Counted from the stretch's first letter, positions 20,711 to 30,829 are shown. The stretch: DNA of 64,000 nucleotides from an uncultured Candidatus Cloacimonadota bacterium (GCA_964398885.1 CAYNOU010000005.1:301-64300); one strand, 5' to 3'. Translations and numbers: made by a program. Notes: a model not told the origin generated them from the letters alone.

Positions 20711-20711
20711 A

Positions 20712-20758
20712 ATTCTAATTGACTATTTTCTATTGACTATTTTCTATTGACAAAACCT
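20712..20758. promoter_or_regulatory. Array of three TATTGAC(T/A) iterons in the promoter region of the FIST gene
   Basis: AATTGACTATTTTCTATTGACTATTTTCTATTGACAAAACC with 14-15-bp spacing. Confidence 0.5.
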
Positions 20759-20759
20759 T

Positions 20760-21119
20760 TCAATTTTCAATTGATTTCCTTGCAGTCTTCCTGGATGAGA
20801 TAAAAATTGCTGTTAATTCTTCCGCTTCCTTTAACAAGGATTCAACAAGTTCCTTTTTCCGTAGTTTTTCCTCAATGATAAACTCCAGCCAAAAATACGA
20901 CTCATCTACTTCTTCTATTACAATACTCAATTTTGAAATGAAGCTTGCTCTGGATTGAGCAACACAAGAAGCTCTATAATTTGAAGCAACAGATGTTGCA
21001 GATCGTATTAATTGCCCCTTGATATGATTACTTAAATATGTATTGGGTAATGACATTGTAAGCTTAACACAGCGATGCGCAAACGCCTTTGTTCTCTGCA
21101 TTAATTCTTTCTTATCCAT
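20760..21119 (-). CDS. Four-helix-bundle protein (TIGR02436 / Avd-like, formerly the 23S rRNA intervening-sequence protein family)
   Basis: Characteristic pattern ...LPNTYLSNHIKGQLIRSATSVASNYRASCVAQSRASFISKLSIVIEEVDESYFWLEF. Confidence 0.75.
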   Translation of the reverse strand: MDKKELMQRTKAFAHRCVKLTMSLPNTYLSNHIKGQLIRSATSVASNYRASCVAQSRASFISKLSIVIEEVDESYFWLEFIIEEKLRKKELVESLLKEAEELTAIFISSRKTARKSIEN

Positions 21120-21160
21120 GATTAATTTGTTATCTTTTATCTTCGATTTCTAATTTTTAA

Positions 21161-21207
21161 TTGACAATCGTCAATAGTAAATTGTCAATAGTAAATTGTC
21201 AATAGTT
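21161..21207. promoter_or_regulatory. Inverted array of three TATTGACA iterons upstream of the four-helix-bundle gene
   Basis: TTGACAATCGTCAATAGTAAATTGTCAATAGTAAATTGTCAATAG, the reverse complement of the iteron in the array at 20712. Confidence 0.5.
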
Positions 21208-21211
21208 TGTT

Positions 21212-21695
21212 TACACTCCATATTTCCTTTTTTCACTGAGTCGTCCTAAAAGTTTATTTATTTCTTCTTTTAATTCAATAACACGGGATTCTCTATTCTT
21301 AGTAATATTATAATAAAGTTGAAGTTCACTCATTTTTTCTTGCAATTTTTTATTTGCTTGTTTTCTTTCTGTGATATCTCTGCCAAAACTAACGGTTCCA
21401 ATAACTTTTCCATTTTTATAAAATAGTAATATCCTATACCAATATTTTTTAAAGCTTGTGCTTCTCCTTTAATGTAGTCCAATTTTTGTGATAATTCTAA
21501 AGCTTGATTGCCGTATTCTACTGCTTTTTGGGGTGATTCGTTCCAGTAGGCTTTTCCTAATTCATTTAAAATATCAACCTTTTCTATACCGGTAGCTTTT
21601 TCCAACTGCGACTCAAGACTGTCTATTTTCGTTTGAGAAAACAGAAGATTGCTATAAATAAAGAAAATAAATAAAATAATTAAATACTTTTTCAT
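21212..21695 (-). pseudogene. Decayed TPR-PAS sensor gene (signal peptide plus TPR N-terminus joined out of frame to the last strand of a PAS domain and a coiled-coil tail)
   Basis: ORF 21330..21695 encodes signal peptide + TPR; a +2 frame from ~21425 reads [62 protein letters not shown]; the tail is paralogous to the C-terminus of 22518..24035. Confidence 0.5.
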
Positions 21696-21721
21696 ATTAA
21701 CAATACACTAATTAGGCCTTA

Positions 21722-21836
21722 AGACTCATCAGACTGGACTTCACACCGATTCATCGGGGTGGAGTTCAGGATGCTCTTTCGTCTCGAGTCCAGTCTCGCT
21801 GTCGCTCCTCTGAACTCGAGTCTTCATTCTAAGAGG
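21722..21836. repeat. REP-like repeat (left flank of RAYT)
   Basis: CTTAAGACTCATCAGACTGGACTTCACACCGATTCATCGGGGTGGAGTTCAGGATGC...GAGTCCAGTCTCGCTGTCGCTCCTCTGAACTCGAGTCTTCATTC. Confidence 0.6.
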
Positions 21837-22399
21837 AGTTCAGCAAACTCTTTCTCCTTGAGATATTTCTTATAACATTTTATTTGCTGTTTATATAATG
21901 TAGCATTTCCAAAATATATTTTCAGCAATTCATCATTAAATAAGATATCATTTCTTTTACCTATCCATTCAAGATAATTAGAATATTTCCAATCCGAAAG
22001 ATTATCCACTAATCCTGCTTTTTTAGGATTATAATGAATATACTGGCAGAGAGAAATTATATAATTTTCTTTTTTTATTCTCTTATGTTGTAAAGGTCCT
22101 TGGTATAAACGTCCTTTTCTTACATATTTACTATTGTAATGTTGCACATAAGAGTTATTTAAGTCATTGAAAATTTGATAAATAGGTTTGTCATCGTCTT
22201 GTCGTAGAAGAAAATGAAAATGATTTGGCATCAAGCAGTATGCAAAAACAGAAGCAGGATAAGCAATAATTTTTGGTTTGAATTTATCCAAAAAATATGA
22301 ATAATCATCATCACTTACGAAAAGCAATGTATTATTTATAGAATGATTATAAAGATGGAAATACTCTCCTTTTATAAATTTTTCTTTTTTACATCGCAT
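21824..22399 (-). CDS. tnpA: REP-associated tyrosine transposase (RAYT, IS200-like Y1 transposase)
   Basis: HuH motif PNHFHFLL; catalytic Tyr region CQYIHYNPKKAG; 191 aa. Confidence 0.8.
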   Translation of the reverse strand: MRCKKEKFIKGEYFHLYNHSINNTLLFVSDDDYSYFLDKFKPKIIAYPASVFAYCLMPNHFHFLLRQDDDKPIYQIFNDLNNSYVQHYNSKYVRKGRLYQGPLQHKRIKKENYIISLCQYIHYNPKKAGLVDNLSDWKYSNYLEWIGKRNDILFNDELLKIYFGNATLYKQQIKCYKKYLKEKEFAELLLE

Positions 22400-22402
22400 A
22401 GT

Positions 22403-22515
22403 TTTTATTCTTCCTTAAGCAGACTAGACTTCACGCCGAATTTATTCGGAGTGGAGTTCAGAATGCGAACATTCCGACTCAAGTCCAGCGTCGCTACGCT
22501 CCTCTGGACTTGAGT
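22403..22515. repeat. REP-like repeat (right flank of RAYT)
   Basis: CTTAAGCAGACTAGACTTCACGCCGAATTTATTCGGAGTGGAGTTCAGAATGC...CAAGTCCAGCGTCGCTACGCTCCTCTGGACTTGAGTCTTCATTC. Confidence 0.6.
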
Positions 22516-22517
22516 CT

Positions 22518-24035
22518 TCATTCAACCACTTTATACTTTGCCTCTTTACCCAATTTCTCAAGAAGTTCATTTACCTCCTTTTTCAGTTCAATCATTCTTA
22601 ATTCTCTTCCAATAGCTAATTTGTTGAAAGCTTCCAATTCTTCATTTTTCTTTTTAAGTGCTTCTTCTATTTGCTTGCGCTCAACGACTGCGGAAAACTC
22701 TGTTGCTACTGCTTTGCCAATATTAATATCATCCTGGCTCCAGTTGTGTACTTTGTCATCATGAAGATAGAGAACGCCATTAATATTACCATTAGAATTT
22801 ATACAAGGTATAATAAGATAAGCAATCAATTTTGCTTTTTGCCATTTTTCTTTATATTTTTCGTACCAATATTTTTCACGCACATCATTAACTACAGAAA
22901 TTTCTTTTTTTTCATACGCAGCCTTTGTATCTTCTCCTCGTTTAGTAATTGGAATAAGCGATTCAATACCCGGGAAGTTTTCTCTTTCATCTGAAATTTG
23001 CCAATCCTTTTTTGAATCAACTTTTGCTCTAAATACGACACGGGGGAGATTTAGCCCAATTCTAATAGCTTTTAAAGCGATTAAAATAGCTTTTTTAAAA
23101 TCAGGTTCAAGAAGACTTAGAACTACATCTTGTAAAATTTTTCTGTTGCGTAGTTCTTGTTTCAAAGATTTTTCAATGTTTTTCAAAAGAGTAATATCAC
23201 GCTGTGTTCCCCAACAGCGGATTAGAGAGCCATTTTCAATAATTCCGATTAGATTATTGAGATACACATGAATTATTCCTTTAATATCAGGTTCATGGGA
23301 TTCTCCATCAATAAGCCGAAAGTCACTGTGGATAAAGTTTTTTAGGTATTCAATATTTCTTTTATCAGTAGGAACAAGAAGATTTTCCAGCTTGGTTCCT
23401 ATTATATCTTCTCTCTTTTTAAATCCATACATTTGTGCCATCATATTGTTGCATTCAACAAGAGTTCCAGTAGCATAGATTTGTTCTATAATCTCATCTT
23501 CGTCAAGGTCAATAGGAATTGGCTCGGCAGATTCAAAACACCAGATACCTTCTGAGCTGCTCTGTATAAATGCACGATAGCGTTCCTCGCTTCTTTTTAA
23601 CTTTTCAGCAGATATTTTTTGTTTCTGCTCTATTTTCCATTGAGTTAGTGCTTTTTTTATTACATCAGGGATTATTTCAAGGTATCTCCCCAAAGGGTCT
23701 TTTACTATGTAATCCTGGGCGCCTAATTTGATTGCCTCTGCAGCGATAGATTCGTTCCCAGAGGCTGCTACAAAAACAACTGGGACATTTAGTTTGTTCT
23801 TCTTTATCTCTTTTAAAAGTTCAAGGCCATTCTCATCTGGGAGTTTATAATCAATTAGAACTATATCAAATGAGGCGGAGCAAAGATGTTGGATTGCATC
23901 TTTTCCTTGCTTTACCCAAAGTATTTTGCAGTCAAGCTCACTCTTGTCCAATGCTCTATTCATAGCAATGTAATCATGTTTGATATCTTCAACAAAAAGG
24001 ATTTTTAACTTTTTTTTCATAATTTTTTCTCCCAT
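22518..24035 (-). CDS. Response regulator (N-terminal receiver) with PAS/GAF-like sensory domains and a C-terminal coiled coil
   Basis: REC: KILFVEDIKHDY...DIVLIDYKLPDENG...VVFVAASGN; PAS end motif TQRDITLLK; no DNA-binding or enzymatic output recognised. Confidence 0.75.
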   Translation of the reverse strand: MGEKIMKKKLKILFVEDIKHDYIAMNRALDKSELDCKILWVKQGKDAIQHLCSASFDIVLIDYKLPDENGLELLKEIKKNKLNVPVVFVAASGNESIAAEAIKLGAQDYIVKDPLGRYLEIIPDVIKKALTQWKIEQKQKISAEKLKRSEERYRAFIQSSSEGIWCFESAEPIPIDLDEDEIIEQIYATGTLVECNNMMAQMYGFKKREDIIGTKLENLLVPTDKRNIEYLKNFIHSDFRLIDGESHEPDIKGIIHVYLNNLIGIIENGSLIRCWGTQRDITLLKNIEKSLKQELRNRKILQDVVLSLLEPDFKKAILIALKAIRIGLNLPRVVFRAKVDSKKDWQISDERENFPGIESLIPITKRGEDTKAAYEKKEISVVNDVREKYWYEKYKEKWQKAKLIAYLIIPCINSNGNINGVLYLHDDKVHNWSQDDINIGKAVATEFSAVVERKQIEEALKKKNEELEAFNKLAIGRELRMIELKKEVNELLEKLGKEAKYKVVE

Positions 24036-24134
24036 ATTTTTATTATTTTTCTCACTGAGTCCACAGGGATAATCGGCGATGTAGAGAGGGATGTATTTTC
24101 ATTTCATTTTTGGTTATCTTTTATAATCAATCTT

Positions 24135-24575
24135 TTATGGCAATTCAGACATTGTCCAGTATATTTGAATCTCACGAATGGCGTTTGAGAAATTTTCAAA
24201 ATCCACAGGTTTTTGGATAAAAGTATTGCAGCCGAGTTGATAGCTTCTGATGCGGTCAATTTCTTCTTTTGAGGTTGTAAGCATAATCACTGGAATTGAC
24301 TTAAGTTGTGGATCTTTTTTGAGAATACCGAGGCATTCAACACCATCCATTATGGGCATTCTTATATCCATTAGTATGATGCCTGGTCTTGGAAATTTTT
24401 CAGAATCAGAGTATTTACCTTTATGGCGGAGAAATTGAAGACATGCCTCACCATGAGGGACTACGAAAAGAGAATTTGTGATTTTATGAAGTTTCCAAGC
24501 CCGTTTAACAAAAATAACATCATGCTTATTGTCTTCAACGAGGAGAACAGGGAAATCTTTCCATATATTACTCAT
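24135..24575 (-). CDS. Single-domain response regulator (CheY-like receiver)
   Basis: VLLVEDNKHD...ILMDIRMPIMDG...VIMLTTS receiver motifs; 146 aa. Confidence 0.8.
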   Translation of the reverse strand: MSNIWKDFPVLLVEDNKHDVIFVKRAWKLHKITNSLFVVPHGEACLQFLRHKGKYSDSEKFPRPGIILMDIRMPIMDGVECLGILKKDPQLKSIPVIMLTTSKEEIDRIRSYQLGCNTFIQKPVDFENFSNAIREIQIYWTMSELP

Positions 24576-24607
24576 TTTACTATACCACCTATATTTGTTC
24601 TCTGTCG

Positions 24608-25846
24608 TTACCCAGTTTTTTGGTGTAATTGTTCTGCCTTTATTTTCGGCAAGACAAATGTAAAGATACTACCTTTACCTGGCGTTGATTCTACCCAAAT
24701 GGTGCCGCCATGTTGTTCTACAGCCTTTTTAACAATTGCCAGTCCAATACCTGTACCCTCATATTCTTCTTGGGTATGCAGTCGTTGAAAGATACCAAAT
24801 ATCTTATCAAAATGGCGGGATTCAATTCCAATTCCATTATCGCGTACAGAGAACTCCCATGCATCTCCTATATCCCTATGTTCAATTGAGATGTGAGGCT
24901 TTGAGGACTGATTAAATTTAAAGGCATTTGATAATAGGTTGGAAAATATTTGTTCCATCTGGATTTCGTTGGCTTGAATTATAATATCTTCTTTTGGAAG
25001 AGTTATCTCAACATTTTCATCTGGGTGCAACTGGGAGACAAGGCGAGACAGGAGCTTGCCAATATTTACATTGGTTATCTTTGGTATAGTTCTTCCTATT
25101 ATAGAGTATTCCAGAAGGTCTGTTACCAGTTCCTCCATATGCCATGCATTTTCTGCAATACCCTGGATATATTCCCGTCCAATTTCATCTAAACTATCAC
25201 TACAATCCTCTTGAAGGAACCGGCAATAGTTGTTTAGTGCGCGTAGAGGAGCACGAAGGTCGTGTGAGACCGCATAAGTGTATTGGGATAACTCATCATT
25301 AACCTTCCTCAACTCTTCTATCTTGTGTTCAAGTTCCAGTGAATATTTTTTAATTTCTACTTCCATTTGCTTCCGCTTGGTAATGTCAGTATAAACTGCC
25401 ACTGCTCCAACTAATTCATTTCCTATTAATATTGGTGAACCAGCCATCACTACATCCACAGGGGTATCATCCTTCCGATATCGGACGGTCTCTATAGTTG
25501 GTATATTTTCTCCAGCTAATACCTGTTTGCTATAAAGTTTTGCTTCCTCAAATTTATCAGCACCTGCAATTAGGTCATCAATATCCTTACCTATCATCTC
25601 TTTTTTTGAATATCCGAAAAGTTTCTCAGCTACCTGATTACACATAATTATCTTATGATGGGCATCCATAGTAATTATGGCATCAGGAGCATCAGCAAGC
25701 ACTGCTTCCAGATAAAGGCGGCGTTCTTCGTTTTCCATCTCTGCTTTCTTGCGATGACTTTCTAATTTTTCCAATTCAGCAATTCGCCTACGCAGTTTTG
25801 CCAGTTCATCTACAAGTTCTTTTTTTGTCTTACCTTTATTAATCAT
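24608..25846 (-). CDS. PAS sensor histidine kinase
   Basis: PAS, then HisKA SHDLRAPLRAL, then HATPase GTGIGLAIVKKAVEQHGGTIWVESTPGKGSIF. Confidence 0.85.
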   Translation of the reverse strand: MINKGKTKKELVDELAKLRRRIAELEKLESHRKKAEMENEERRLYLEAVLADAPDAIITMDAHHKIIMCNQVAEKLFGYSKKEMIGKDIDDLIAGADKFEEAKLYSKQVLAGENIPTIETVRYRKDDTPVDVVMAGSPILIGNELVGAVAVYTDITKRKQMEVEIKKYSLELEHKIEELRKVNDELSQYTYAVSHDLRAPLRALNNYCRFLQEDCSDSLDEIGREYIQGIAENAWHMEELVTDLLEYSIIGRTIPKITNVNIGKLLSRLVSQLHPDENVEITLPKEDIIIQANEIQMEQIFSNLLSNAFKFNQSSKPHISIEHRDIGDAWEFSVRDNGIGIESRHFDKIFGIFQRLHTQEEYEGTGIGLAIVKKAVEQHGGTIWVESTPGKGSIFTFVLPKIKAEQLHQKTG

Positions 25847-26094
25847 TTTGTATATCTCCTAAAAGAGAAATAAATATTATAGAAATTTTTTGTCAAACTT
25901 TATTATAAAAAATGTGCATAACCTCACCAGTGTGCGGTGTTCTTCCCATCACTTTGGACTTTAAATATATTTTGCAAAAGTAAAAATAATTTTGTAAAAT
26001 AAAAGTTTTTATTAAAAATTTTGAGAGCGATAAAACTTGACTTAAAAATAATTCAATAAAAAATTTTACAGAAAATAATTTTTCAGGAGATATA

Positions 26095-26457
26095 ATGCTA
26101 AGAAATAGCAAAGGTTTTTCTATTTTTACTATAATAAGTATTATTGCTTTTGCTGCAATAATTTTTATACTTTTAATACCACAATTTTATAATGTAAGAG
26201 CAAAAGAAAAGCAAGAGCAATGTATTGAAAATATGGAAAAAATAAAAAAAGCAATTGAGGAATATATGGCTGATAGACACCAGTCATTTAATGGTGACCT
26301 TGTAGAACTGGTTCGTACTGGTTATCTAAAATATTCGTATGAATGTCCTGAAAATGGGGTTGGGGATAAGTATATTGCAAGTGGTGATTTTAATACTGGT
26401 GAGGTAATAGTTAAATGTCCTAATCAGGCTGAATTTCCTGACCATATTTTAAAATAG
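26095..26457 (+). CDS. Prepilin-like / pseudopilin-like protein
   Basis: N-terminus KGFSIFTIISIIAFAAIIFILLIP resembles a class III signal/pilin helix but lacks Glu+5; pilin-like AKEKQEQCIENMEKIKKAIEEY segment. Confidence 0.4.
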   Translation: MLRNSKGFSIFTIISIIAFAAIIFILLIPQFYNVRAKEKQEQCIENMEKIKKAIEEYMADRHQSFNGDLVELVRTGYLKYSYECPENGVGDKYIASGDFNTGEVIVKCPNQAEFPDHILK

Positions 26458-26517
26458 ATTTTAACATAGATAACAAAAAAGGCGACCAGTTAATAGACTG
26501 ACCGCTTTTTTTAAAAT

Positions 26518-28302
26518 TTACATTTTAAAGAATTCACTTCTCCAGTCTTTTATGTTAGCATCCTCTTTAGCTTTCTGATACCAGGTATTGTAAGCTTGAC
26601 TATCTTTGCTCGCTATCATCTTTTCTTTAAGTTTGCTTTCTTCTTCTTCAAATTTTTGCATATCGGCAGGTTGGAACTCAACTAATTTAGCTAAATAATA
26701 TTCTTTTTTACCTCTAATCAAAGATGATATTTTTCCAACTTTTTTCAAATCAAGAATAGCCTTATTTAGACCCTCTTCTCTACCTATATCCTTAATATAG
26801 GCTTTCTGTGCTATCAGTTCTGTATTAACAATTTCAAGATTGTTATTCTCTGCTATATTATAGAAATTATCTGGATTAATTTGTGTAGCAATACTATCTG
26901 CCTTAATAAAGAGTAAGTCCATTTTTTTACTTTGTTCAATATCAGTAGCTATCTTATCTGTTGCTGTCACCAAATCTTGATAATGTTTTCCAATTTTATA
27001 CGAAATCATTGCAATAAAATAGTCTCCCGATACACTTAGATAAGGTTTTGCCACTGCACCAAGTTTATTTGAATACGCAAAGTCTATAAGAGTTTTTGAC
27101 TTGCCAATTCCAGGAATATATTGCTCATCTTTTTTAAATTCTTTTGTTTCTTGAACTTCATAATTAAAGTTTCTTGCAACAACTTCAAAACTATCATCTT
27201 TACACTGTTCATAGAAATCAAAAGCAATTTTTTCAAGATTTTGTTTGGTTTCTGCACCAGGTTGTTCCTTAATCAAAATATGACTTGCTCTCACTTCTTT
27301 TTCACCATCTGTAATACGAGTATCTGTAACTTTGATAATATGCCATCCAAATCTGGTTTTTATTGGTTCACTCACTTCACCTTTTTTCAGAGAGAATGCT
27401 TTTTCTTCAAAAACTGGGTCCATTTTTCCTTTTCCAAAGAAATCTAAATCGCCACCTTTAGAAGCTGATGGACATTCTGAATATTCTTTTGCTAATTCTG
27501 CAAAATCTTCACCATCCAAAACCATCTGGTAAATTCTTTCAATTCTATCTTTTGCTTCTTTTACATCTGCTGGACCTGGTTCCAATGGAATTTTTGCATA
27601 TTTAAGTTTTCTCTGGGGTCCAACCTTGAAATCTTCTATATTATTATGATAGTATTCTTTTATCTCTTCTTCAGTAACTTGCACAGAATCAATCATATCA
27701 AGAGGAAACACAATAATATCAGCTTTTGCCTTTGTATTTTTCTCAATATAATCTTTTTTGACTTCATAATCAGTAACAATAGCGACTGATTTTATGATAT
27801 TCATAAGTTTTTCATATTGAAGAATTTTGTAGTAATAATTTTCAAGCCAGGACCAATCAATCTGGGGATTTTTGAGTGCTGATTTATATTTATTAATATC
27901 AAAATCACCATCAGTTTGGAAACCTTCATGTTGAAGAACAACATCAGGCGGCTCATTCAGCATTTTATTTGCAACTTCTCTGGATGAGACTTTAATATCA
28001 AACTTCTTGATTGCATTATCCAAAATAATGCTTTGCACTAATTGGTCCCAGGTTTGGTCATTAAGCTGCCTGTAAGTTTGTTCATCAATCTCTTTGTCTT
28101 CAGAGTTTTCAATATAGTTAGAATAGCTTTTCTGGAGCATTTTATAATATTCATCATATTTTATTTTATTTCCATCAATAATTCCAACATAATATTTTCC
28201 CTTGAACATTCCTGTAATGCCCATTGTACCCATTCCGCCAATAAACACAATTGCAATTATCCATATAATCGGTCTAGACATACTTCGCATTTTATTGAGC
28301 AT
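26518..28302 (-). CDS. ppiD: Periplasmic chaperone / peptidyl-prolyl isomerase PpiD-SurA family
   Basis: N-terminal membrane anchor; SurA-like chaperone region; parvulin rotamase motif VRASHILIK...[10 protein letters not shown]. Confidence 0.7.
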   Translation of the reverse strand: MLNKMRSMSRPIIWIIAIVFIGGMGTMGITGMFKGKYYVGIIDGNKIKYDEYYKMLQKSYSNYIENSEDKEIDEQTYRQLNDQTWDQLVQSIILDNAIKKFDIKVSSREVANKMLNEPPDVVLQHEGFQTDGDFDINKYKSALKNPQIDWSWLENYYYKILQYEKLMNIIKSVAIVTDYEVKKDYIEKNTKAKADIIVFPLDMIDSVQVTEEEIKEYYHNNIEDFKVGPQRKLKYAKIPLEPGPADVKEAKDRIERIYQMVLDGEDFAELAKEYSECPSASKGGDLDFFGKGKMDPVFEEKAFSLKKGEVSEPIKTRFGWHIIKVTDTRITDGEKEVRASHILIKEQPGAETKQNLEKIAFDFYEQCKDDSFEVVARNFNYEVQETKEFKKDEQYIPGIGKSKTLIDFAYSNKLGAVAKPYLSVSGDYFIAMISYKIGKHYQDLVTATDKIATDIEQSKKMDLLFIKADSIATQINPDNFYNIAENNNLEIVNTELIAQKAYIKDIGREEGLNKAILDLKKVGKISSLIRGKKEYYLAKLVEFQPADMQKFEEEESKLKEKMIASKDSQAYNTWYQKAKEDANIKDWRSEFFKM

Positions 28303-28445
28303 ATATATCTCCTTGTATTTAGTAAATTTTGATAAAAAATTTTGTTTATCAAAAACTATGCAAGTTTTTTCGAATTAATTTAAAATGTCAACAAGATTTT
28401 ATTGACAGATAATATTCTTATTTTGTTTAGAATACATAACGTGGT

Positions 28446-28528
28446 TTACCCCGTCCCGATATATCGGGATTCATATTGTTATATAATTTTTATCCTCTTA
28501 GATGTGTTATATTTAACGGGGTGAACTG
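28446..28528. repeat. GC-rich hairpin repeat combining the CCCCGTG and CCCGATATA motifs
   Basis: TTTACCCCGTCCCGATATATCGGGATTCAT...TTAACGGGGTGAACTGC. Confidence 0.5.
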
Positions 28529-28607
28529 CAAAGATTAAAGGTGAAAGATTAAAATTCTAAATCAAAAATTTTATTTAAAAATTATAAATGATTTGTGAGG
28601 TATAAAC

Positions 28608-28967
28608 ATGGAAATGAATAAGGAAAAATTGCTATATCGTATTTTTAAAGAAGATGCTCAGGATAGAGGGATGGATATGAAAGAATTTTATCATAAAAGA
28701 AGAAGGGGACTTCTTCCATTCCTCAATTCCAAAGGGGAGGTTGTATGGCTCAAGAGAAAGGAGTTCAGGATTGCCACTGTAAGGAGAATAGACTATATAA
28801 AAAAGTCAAAAAAATCAAAGTATCATAGACATTCGCATCACCATGAAGATGCTGATTTCACTGGACCTATTACTCCCGAAATGGCTAAATACTTTTTCTT
28901 TGGGGCAGTCGCAGTGGTGTCGGCATATCTCTTCGTTAAATTTATAGAGTTCTTAGTATCGCTTTAG
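28608..28967 (+). CDS. Hypothetical protein with C-terminal transmembrane anchor and a His-rich segment
   Basis: 119 aa; HRHSHHHED; hydrophobic C-terminus. Confidence 0.3.
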   Translation: MEMNKEKLLYRIFKEDAQDRGMDMKEFYHKRRRGLLPFLNSKGEVVWLKRKEFRIATVRRIDYIKKSKKSKYHRHSHHHEDADFTGPITPEMAKYFFFGAVAVVSAYLFVKFIEFLVSL

Positions 28968-29590
28968 TTACTTATTTTTTCCCCTAGATTGATTAGACTT
29001 TTTCTTAACACTTCTCTTTTAAAATCTATTTCGTCTTTTTTAGTCACAAAAATTGGCTTGCCATAAATTATCTTTGCCGGTGAAAGGAACTTTGGAATTA
29101 TAAAATTATCCCAACTATTTAGTATCCATTTTCGTCTTGCATTGCAAGACACCGGAATAATAGGTTTTCCGGTTTTATATGCTAAGTACAAAATACCATC
29201 CTGAACTTTTTCTTTTGGTCCACGAGGGCCATCTGGAGTAATTCCAATGTCGTACTGCGATGCAACATCAATCAATTTTTTCATAGCTTGCATGCCACCT
29301 CTTTTAGTTGAACCCCGCACAGCTTTATAGCCTAACCTTGAGCAGGCACGTGCTATATACTCACCATCTTTATGCTTTGAAACCAAAATGTGAATGTTCT
29401 CAAAACGATGTGCATAAGAGAGAATAAGCAGCCTGCTATGCCAGAAAGCATAGATTACTGTTCCATACTTTTTTTTGACACTATCTACATATTTTTTATT
29501 TATCCTTTGGATGCGTAAACTGCCAATAAGAATGTTTATCAAAGTGGAACCAAGTATCTGAACGATTTTATTTCTTGTTTTCTGTTTCAT
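28964..29590 (-). CDS. DUF374-family lysophospholipid acyltransferase-like protein
   Basis: 208 aa; immediately downstream of lpxB, as in many LPS clusters; AFWHSR...TPDGPRG motif region. Confidence 0.55.
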   Translation of the reverse strand: MKQKTRNKIVQILGSTLINILIGSLRIQRINKKYVDSVKKKYGTVIYAFWHSRLLILSYAHRFENIHILVSKHKDGEYIARACSRLGYKAVRGSTKRGGMQAMKKLIDVASQYDIGITPDGPRGPKEKVQDGILYLAYKTGKPIIPVSCNARRKWILNSWDNFIIPKFLSPAKIIYGKPIFVTKKDEIDFKREVLRKSLINLGEKISN

Positions 29591-30755
29591 TAATCATTGA
29601 AAGAGCAATTTTTGCTACCCGCCAGTTGGCTGTTCGCTGTAATACTATGGAAGGCAGGGCAGATTCAGAAGCTTTCTTATTTCCTAACTTTTCTTGTAAT
29701 ATTGAAAGTTCTTCTTTCATCTTTTTATAATTTTTTTCATCATTAAGAATCAAATCAATATTATTGATAATGTTAGTTGGATTTACCTCTTTCTGAATTA
29801 ATTCTGGAACAATCTTCTTACCTGCTACAATATTTGGTAAGGCTATCATGTCTATATTAACAAAATGCTTTGCAATTAGATAAGAAAGAAAAGAAGTTTT
29901 GTAAACCACAATCATTGGCGTGCCAATATACCCGGTTTCTAATGTTGAAGTTCCTGATTTTGAAATAACCAAATTGCAATATTTCATAAGTTCATAAATC
30001 TCATCTATAATTGAAATATAATTTTTTATCGGTTCAATGATTTGATAAAAATGTTTTTTGGAAACAGTATCTGCGAGAGATATGAGGAATTCATAATTAT
30101 TTTCTCTTTTTTTCAGTTTTTGAATAGTTTTTACCATTTCTGGTAATATGCGGTTTATTTCAATATCACGGCTTCCTGGAATAAATGCAAGCCATTTTTT
30201 GCTTTCATCCAAATGATATTTCTTAGCAAATTCTTTTTTTGAAAGTTGAAATGTTATCTCTTCTGAAATAGGATGCCCAACAAACTCAACATTAGCACCA
30301 ATCTGCTCGTATAACTCTTTTTCAAAAGGAAAAATAACTGCAATCTTGTCTGTATATCTCTTTATCTTATAGATTCGTTTCTTTTTCCATGCCCATACCT
30401 GGGGGCTGATATAATACAAAACAGGAATTTTCAACTTGTTGGCAATCTTTGCAATTCTGAGATTTAATCCTGGATAATCCACCAGAATTACCAAATTTGG
30501 TTTTCTTTTAATAAATTCTTTTTTAATTTTATTTATTACTTGATAAAAGAATGCAAGATGTTTTAGAACCTCTGCAAAACCAATTACAGAAAATCGTTCA
30601 AAAGGGAAAATAGATTCAAATCCAAGTTTTTGCATTTTGGGACCACCAATGCCCCAGAATTTTATTTTTGAATCCAGTTTCTGTATCTGCTTTAGAAATT
30701 CTGAAGTATGCAAATCTGCAGACCGTTCACCTGTTAATATGAAGATATTTTTCAT
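29568..30755 (-). CDS. lpxB: Lipid-A-disaccharide synthase
   Basis: 395 aa; N-terminus IFILTGERSADLH...IGGPKM is typical of LpxB. Confidence 0.85.
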   Translation of the reverse strand: MKNIFILTGERSADLHTSEFLKQIQKLDSKIKFWGIGGPKMQKLGFESIFPFERFSVIGFAEVLKHLAFFYQVINKIKKEFIKRKPNLVILVDYPGLNLRIAKIANKLKIPVLYYISPQVWAWKKKRIYKIKRYTDKIAVIFPFEKELYEQIGANVEFVGHPISEEITFQLSKKEFAKKYHLDESKKWLAFIPGSRDIEINRILPEMVKTIQKLKKRENNYEFLISLADTVSKKHFYQIIEPIKNYISIIDEIYELMKYCNLVISKSGTSTLETGYIGTPMIVVYKTSFLSYLIAKHFVNIDMIALPNIVAGKKIVPELIQKEVNPTNIINNIDLILNDEKNYKKMKEELSILQEKLGNKKASESALPSIVLQRTANWRVAKIALSMINETENKK

Positions 30756-30829
30756 AGAGGTTAGTTTTGGGAGGTTGATTTTTTCGTCAAGAAAACGAAA
30801 AATATTAACTCTATATTTAGAATGACTCT

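Larger units (their letters stand above)
21722..22515 (-). mobile_element. tnpA: RAYT (IS200/IS605-family Y1 transposase) cassette flanked by 115-bp REP-like direct repeats
   Basis: Transposase gene bracketed by two ~85%-identical repeats in the same orientation. Confidence 0.7.

Noticed and set aside
25893-26111. 72-aa minus-strand ORF upstream of the pilin-like gene
   Set aside because: It sits in the divergent promoter region between the kinase and pilin-like genes, has a low-complexity sequence, and overlaps the pilin-like gene start.
26458-26517. Bidirectional terminator between the pilin-like gene and ppiD
   Set aside because: Only a 4-5-bp stem (CCAGT/ACTGG) precedes the T-run, too weak to call.
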